A DNA stretch of 64,000 bases. Origin: Methanobacteriota archaeon. Lineage in GTDB: Archaea; Thermoplasmatota; Poseidoniia; Poseidoniales; Thalassarchaeaceae. Of this stretch, positions 60,729 to 64,000 are shown one piece after another (position 1 is the first letter of the stretch; each line of letters opens with the position of its first letter). The stretch covers positions 161 through 64,160 of the forward strand of contig BPDA01000003.1 of the NCBI GenBank assembly GCA_019654055.1, read 5' to 3'. The translations under genes and the position numbers were made by a program. Under the pieces are notes generated by a model. The model searched no databases. It was not told the origin of the DNA and saw only the letters and a program-made list of their open reading frames with translations.

Positions 60729-61979
60729 ATGGCAGCATTCCCTATCGAGGAAGTGCGCTCGAGGTTTCCTGGACTGCTTCGCGAGGTCAATGGGCATCAG
60801 GCCATATTCTTCGACGGTCCGGGAGGAAGTCAGTCACCCGAGACGGTGGGAGATGCGGTCAAGCACTACCTGATGCACCAGAATGCGAACATTGGGATGT
60901 CATTCGCGACCTCGGTCGAGACGGACGCCCTAATCGAGGACACTATGAGGGCCTGCGCCGACTTCGTCGGTTGTGATGACCACAGGGAGATAGTGTTCGG
61001 GCAGAACATGACCAGTCTGACGATACAGTTGGCGAGTGCCCTCAGTCGAACTTGGGGCCCTGGCGACGAGGTCGTTGTGACGCGCCTCGATCACGATGCC
61101 AACGTCCGTCCGTGGGTACTTGCCGCAGAGTGGTCGGGGGCAACCGTGAGGCGCGTGGACATCAACCCCGATGACTGTACCCACGATGCCGAGTCCCTAG
61201 ATGAATCGATTAACGAGAACACGGTACTGGTGGCAGTGGGGGCGGCATCGAACCTGTCTGGCACAATCAACGACGTGGCCGACATAAGCAGGAAGGCACA
61301 CGAGGTCGGTGCGGAGGTGTTCGTGGATGCCGTCCACTATGCCCCGCACTTGCTCGTGGACGTCAAGCAGACCGGGTGCGACTATCTGGCCTGCTCCTCG
61401 TACAAATTCTTCGGGACCCATCAGGGCATACTGTGGGGGCGGGCCGGGAGGTTGGCCGATTTGCCCGTGGCCAAGTTGCGCGTCTCGACCGAGGACATAC
61501 CATTCCGATGGATGACGGGCACCCAGAGCCACGAGTCCATAGCGGGCACTCTGGCTGCGATAGAGCATCTGGCATGGGTTGGCAGAGCGGTGTCCAGCGA
61601 GGACTTGGGGCGTCGGGAGGCGTTGCGATCAGCCTTCTCAGCGATTGAACACTACGAACGCGACCTGTGCTGGCGAATAATCGAGGGGCTGCAGTCAATC
61701 GCAGGAATCAGGATATGGGGGATAACAGACCCCTCTCGCTCCTCGGAGAGGGCTCCGACGGTGTCTTTCACCCACGATTCTATGAGCGCTCGGCAGATTG
61801 CCGATGCCCTGGCCGAGCGAGGCATATTCGTCTGGGCCGGGAACTTCTACGCCCTAGAGCTCAGCGAGGCGCTCGGACTGGAGCCTGAGGGTGTGCTCCG
61901 AGTGGGTGTATTGCACTACAACACCATGGAAGAGGTCGACAGGTTCCTCAGCGAGCTCTCTGGGATTCTGCCAGATTAA
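60729..61979 (+). CDS. aminotransferase class V / cysteine-desulfurase-like PLP enzyme
   Basis: 416 aa with PLP-Lys context CSSYKFFGTHQGILWG and a class-V fold pattern. Confidence 0.75.
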   Translation: MAAFPIEEVRSRFPGLLREVNGHQAIFFDGPGGSQSPETVGDAVKHYLMHQNANIGMSFATSVETDALIEDTMRACADFVGCDDHREIVFGQNMTSLTIQLASALSRTWGPGDEVVVTRLDHDANVRPWVLAAEWSGATVRRVDINPDDCTHDAESLDESINENTVLVAVGAASNLSGTINDVADISRKAHEVGAEVFVDAVHYAPHLLVDVKQTGCDYLACSSYKFFGTHQGILWGRAGRLADLPVAKLRVSTEDIPFRWMTGTQSHESIAGTLAAIEHLAWVGRAVSSEDLGRREALRSAFSAIEHYERDLCWRIIEGLQSIAGIRIWGITDPSRSSERAPTVSFTHDSMSARQIADALAERGIFVWAGNFYALELSEALGLEPEGVLRVGVLHYNTMEEVDRFLSELSGILPD

Positions 61980-61980
61980 A

Positions 61981-63531
61981 CTACTCGACCCAGCGATACT
62001 CGCGCTGGCCCTCGAGATTACCCTCAGCGCCGATGCTGACGAGAGCAAACTCATCGCTGGGCTTGACCACCGAGCGCTTGCGAGAGCCCTTGTGCAAGGC
62101 CTCGTAGACGGTCTTGTTGATTGGATGGCGGCCGGACAGGCGTTCAAACAGGTGGAATCTCGAGGCAATCTCTCGCCACTCGGGCTGGACGACTCCCTCG
62201 AAGACCTTGGCCTTGGCTCCCGAGCCGTAGCCGCAGAGTCCGACCATCTCGCCTGACATGTCGATGTTCTCGATGTAGTCGGACTCCATCGCAGACATCA
62301 GCGCGAGGAAGATAGAGCCAGTGTACTGATTACCAATCAGACTCGACGCACGGGTGGTCCTCTCGATTCTCTCGTCGACGAACTTCTGGAATGCGTCAGT
62401 CTTGGATATCAGTCTACGATAGCCGTCGTTGGCTCGCTCGAACTCCTCGATGCCCTCAGGAGTGTCCGGAAAGTCCCCGGGCATTGGCTCGAGGCCAATC
62501 TGCTCGACTATCTCGGCCCACATCGGTAGGTGCCTCCGGTCATGGCGGAAGACGTCTGGGAACATCCTCTTGCCTTGGAACGCATACGGCAGGTGGACGA
62601 TGATTCGGCTCCACTGGTTGGTCAGGATCTCGTCGTTGTCAGGGTCGTATCGGCCTTCCCGAATCGCCTTCTCGCGGAAGTTGATGAACGCCTGCTTGAC
62701 GGACTCTGAGTAGCACCGGTTGGAGAACTGGCCGTCGAAAACAGGGGTGTCCTTGTGGATCTGCAGCATGGGGCTCTCGAACATGACGTCGTCCTTCTTC
62801 GAGGAGCGTGGCAGGTGCTTGAGAATGCGCTCTGCGAGCCCCTCCTTGACCTTCTCGCCGCTCTCACGAGCGAGGTCTAGGACGTTCTCCACGATTGTCC
62901 TGGTGTCGACCTCGCGCCGTGGCTTGAAGAAATCGTGGACGGGCATAGTCGAGACGCCCCATATATCGGGTATCTCGAGCAATCTGGGGTTGTGGCGAAT
63001 CAGAATTGCCCCGCCGCCTGCGCCCTGTGTGTACTCGCCGGACGAGCCTATGTCGTACTTGGCGTTGTCAGCGAACACGACTATTCCCATTCTGTCCTTC
63101 TCCTCGCCACCCCGAGCGACCCAGTCGAGTGTGTTGTGCATGGCATCGACGGCACCTATGCAGGCGAAGGTCAGATCCACCACGTCGCAATTGCGGAAGC
63201 AATCCTTGCCGTGAATGGGTGAATAACGCTGCTCGAGCATGTCCATGATGTACGTCGCGGTCGGTTTGGAGCCATCTAGGGCGGATTCGGTCCCGAGGTA
63301 TATCCTACCGACCGAGGAAGGGTCGATTCCGTTGCGGTCGAGCAATCTTCGGACCGCGTTCGCGCCCATCGTCGCGGTGTCCTCGTGAACGTCGGGAATC
63401 GCCATCGCAGCCAGTCCGAGGCCGCGATTCAGTTTGCCGAAATCGGCCCCCCTGAGCTTGGCGAAGTCCTCCATGTCGAAGTACAGGCGGGGGAAGTGAA
63501 TCGCGATGTCGTCGATGCCGACCGATGTCAT
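61981..63531 (-). CDS. hydroxymethylglutaryl-CoA synthase, long bacterial/eukaryotic (MvaS-like) type
   Basis: 516 aa, colinear with MvaS blocks: VGIDDIAIHFPRLYFDM, GTESALDGSKP, catalytic Cys in LTFACIGAV, GEYTQGAGGGAIL, VHLPYAFQGKRM, GNQYTGSIFLAL, GYGSGAKA. Confidence 0.8.
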   Translation of the reverse strand: MTSVGIDDIAIHFPRLYFDMEDFAKLRGADFGKLNRGLGLAAMAIPDVHEDTATMGANAVRRLLDRNGIDPSSVGRIYLGTESALDGSKPTATYIMDMLEQRYSPIHGKDCFRNCDVVDLTFACIGAVDAMHNTLDWVARGGEEKDRMGIVVFADNAKYDIGSSGEYTQGAGGGAILIRHNPRLLEIPDIWGVSTMPVHDFFKPRREVDTRTIVENVLDLARESGEKVKEGLAERILKHLPRSSKKDDVMFESPMLQIHKDTPVFDGQFSNRCYSESVKQAFINFREKAIREGRYDPDNDEILTNQWSRIIVHLPYAFQGKRMFPDVFRHDRRHLPMWAEIVEQIGLEPMPGDFPDTPEGIEEFERANDGYRRLISKTDAFQKFVDERIERTTRASSLIGNQYTGSIFLALMSAMESDYIENIDMSGEMVGLCGYGSGAKAKVFEGVVQPEWREIASRFHLFERLSGRHPINKTVYEALHKGSRKRSVVKPSDEFALVSIGAEGNLEGQREYRWVE

Positions 63532-63617
63532 AGTGCTCGCTCTCAGGCCCGCGCGGACGAGCGTGGGTTATGAGTCCTCGCACTGCGTAACAGGTGCGAA
63601 AACGGTTAGCAAACGCA

Positions 63618-64000
63618 CTATTGCGAGCCCGTTAGGCGGTTTATCGCCTCAAGTAGCTCCGGTTTCTGCGAGAAGTGCTGTGAAACCGGGTCGAGGATCT
63701 CCGCGAGCCCGTCCGCCACCGCCATCTTGGCGTCCAGGGGATGGATTGAGCCATCTGAGACGGCGTCGACGAAGTCCTGTAGGCCATCCCAGGTGGAGGG
63801 TTCGCCGTACTTGGGATCTGGAGATACCGTGATTGAGCCGAGCTTCGGCAGGACGATGAATTGGGCAATCTCGAAAATCGGGGACGAGGGGTTGCCGACC
63901 TCGAGGAACGCGCCCTTCAGTTTGGTCCTCAGTGAGTCGTGGTCGTCATCGAGAAGGATGGAGTTGCCCGGGTCGGACTTGGACATCTTGTGGTCGAACG
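63618..64000 (-). CDS. tyrS: tyrosine--tRNA ligase (class I aaRS), C-terminal part; N-terminus outside window
   Basis: The frame is open to the window edge (..FDHKMSKSDPGNSILLDD). The KMSKS loop is followed by IHPLDAKMAVADGLAEILDPV, typical of archaeal TyrRS. TrpRS is not fully excluded. Confidence 0.6.
   Translation of the reverse strand, partial: FDHKMSKSDPGNSILLDDDHDSLRTKLKGAFLEVGNPSSPIFEIAQFIVLPKLGSITVSPDPKYGEPSTWDGLQDFVDAVSDGSIHPLDAKMAVADGLAEILDPVSQHFSQKPELLEAINRLTGSQ

Overview
GC-rich archaeal chromosomal segment. Archaeal markers are TFB, the PolD small subunit (DP1), an archaeal-type PheRS alpha subunit, a Nob1-like PIN/Zn-ribbon protein, a MoaD/SAMP-like protein ending in GG, a PGF-CTERM sorting signal, and five tRNA genes that all encode their 3' CCA. 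About half the window is housekeeping: glycine cleavage and one-carbon metabolism (glyA, gcvPA/PB, gcvT, folD, a GcvH-like gene), SUF Fe-S assembly (sufS, sufE, DUF59), purine genes (guaA subunit B, purE), pheS, tyrS, acyl-CoA dehydrogenase and HMG-CoA synthase. The other half encodes very large, acidic, secreted or membrane-anchored proteins rich in Ca-binding D-x-D-x-D-G / thrombospondin-type-3-like repeats. This fits a planktonic heterotrophic euryarchaeote such as Marine Group II/Poseidoniales, but that assignment is inference from gene content only. Four items deserve the closest look. (1) A CD36/LIMP-2-like two-TM ectodomain protein sits next to a 1524-aa LTD-PhoX-LTD-PLD ecto-phosphoesterase that is translationally coupled to thymidine phosphorylase. 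(2) A tightly packed surface module at 31.4-39.2 kb contains two cupredoxin-like proteins whose predicted mature N-terminus is His, two LVIVD beta-propellers, two insert-bearing Sco1/SenC proteins and an Ig-like anchor protein; I read it as a candidate undescribed extracellular copper-handling/redox system. (3) One protein combines two canonical EF-hands, a WW-like motif and two SKICH-like modules. (4) A class-II (bacterial/eukaryotic-type) tRNA nucleotidyltransferase is present in an archaeal context. Five genes are split by single-base frame changes that all map to short G/C homopolymers, and one gene carries an in-frame TAG. The frame changes look like sequencing artefacts rather than biology. 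No CRISPR array, rRNA, integrase or transposase was seen.
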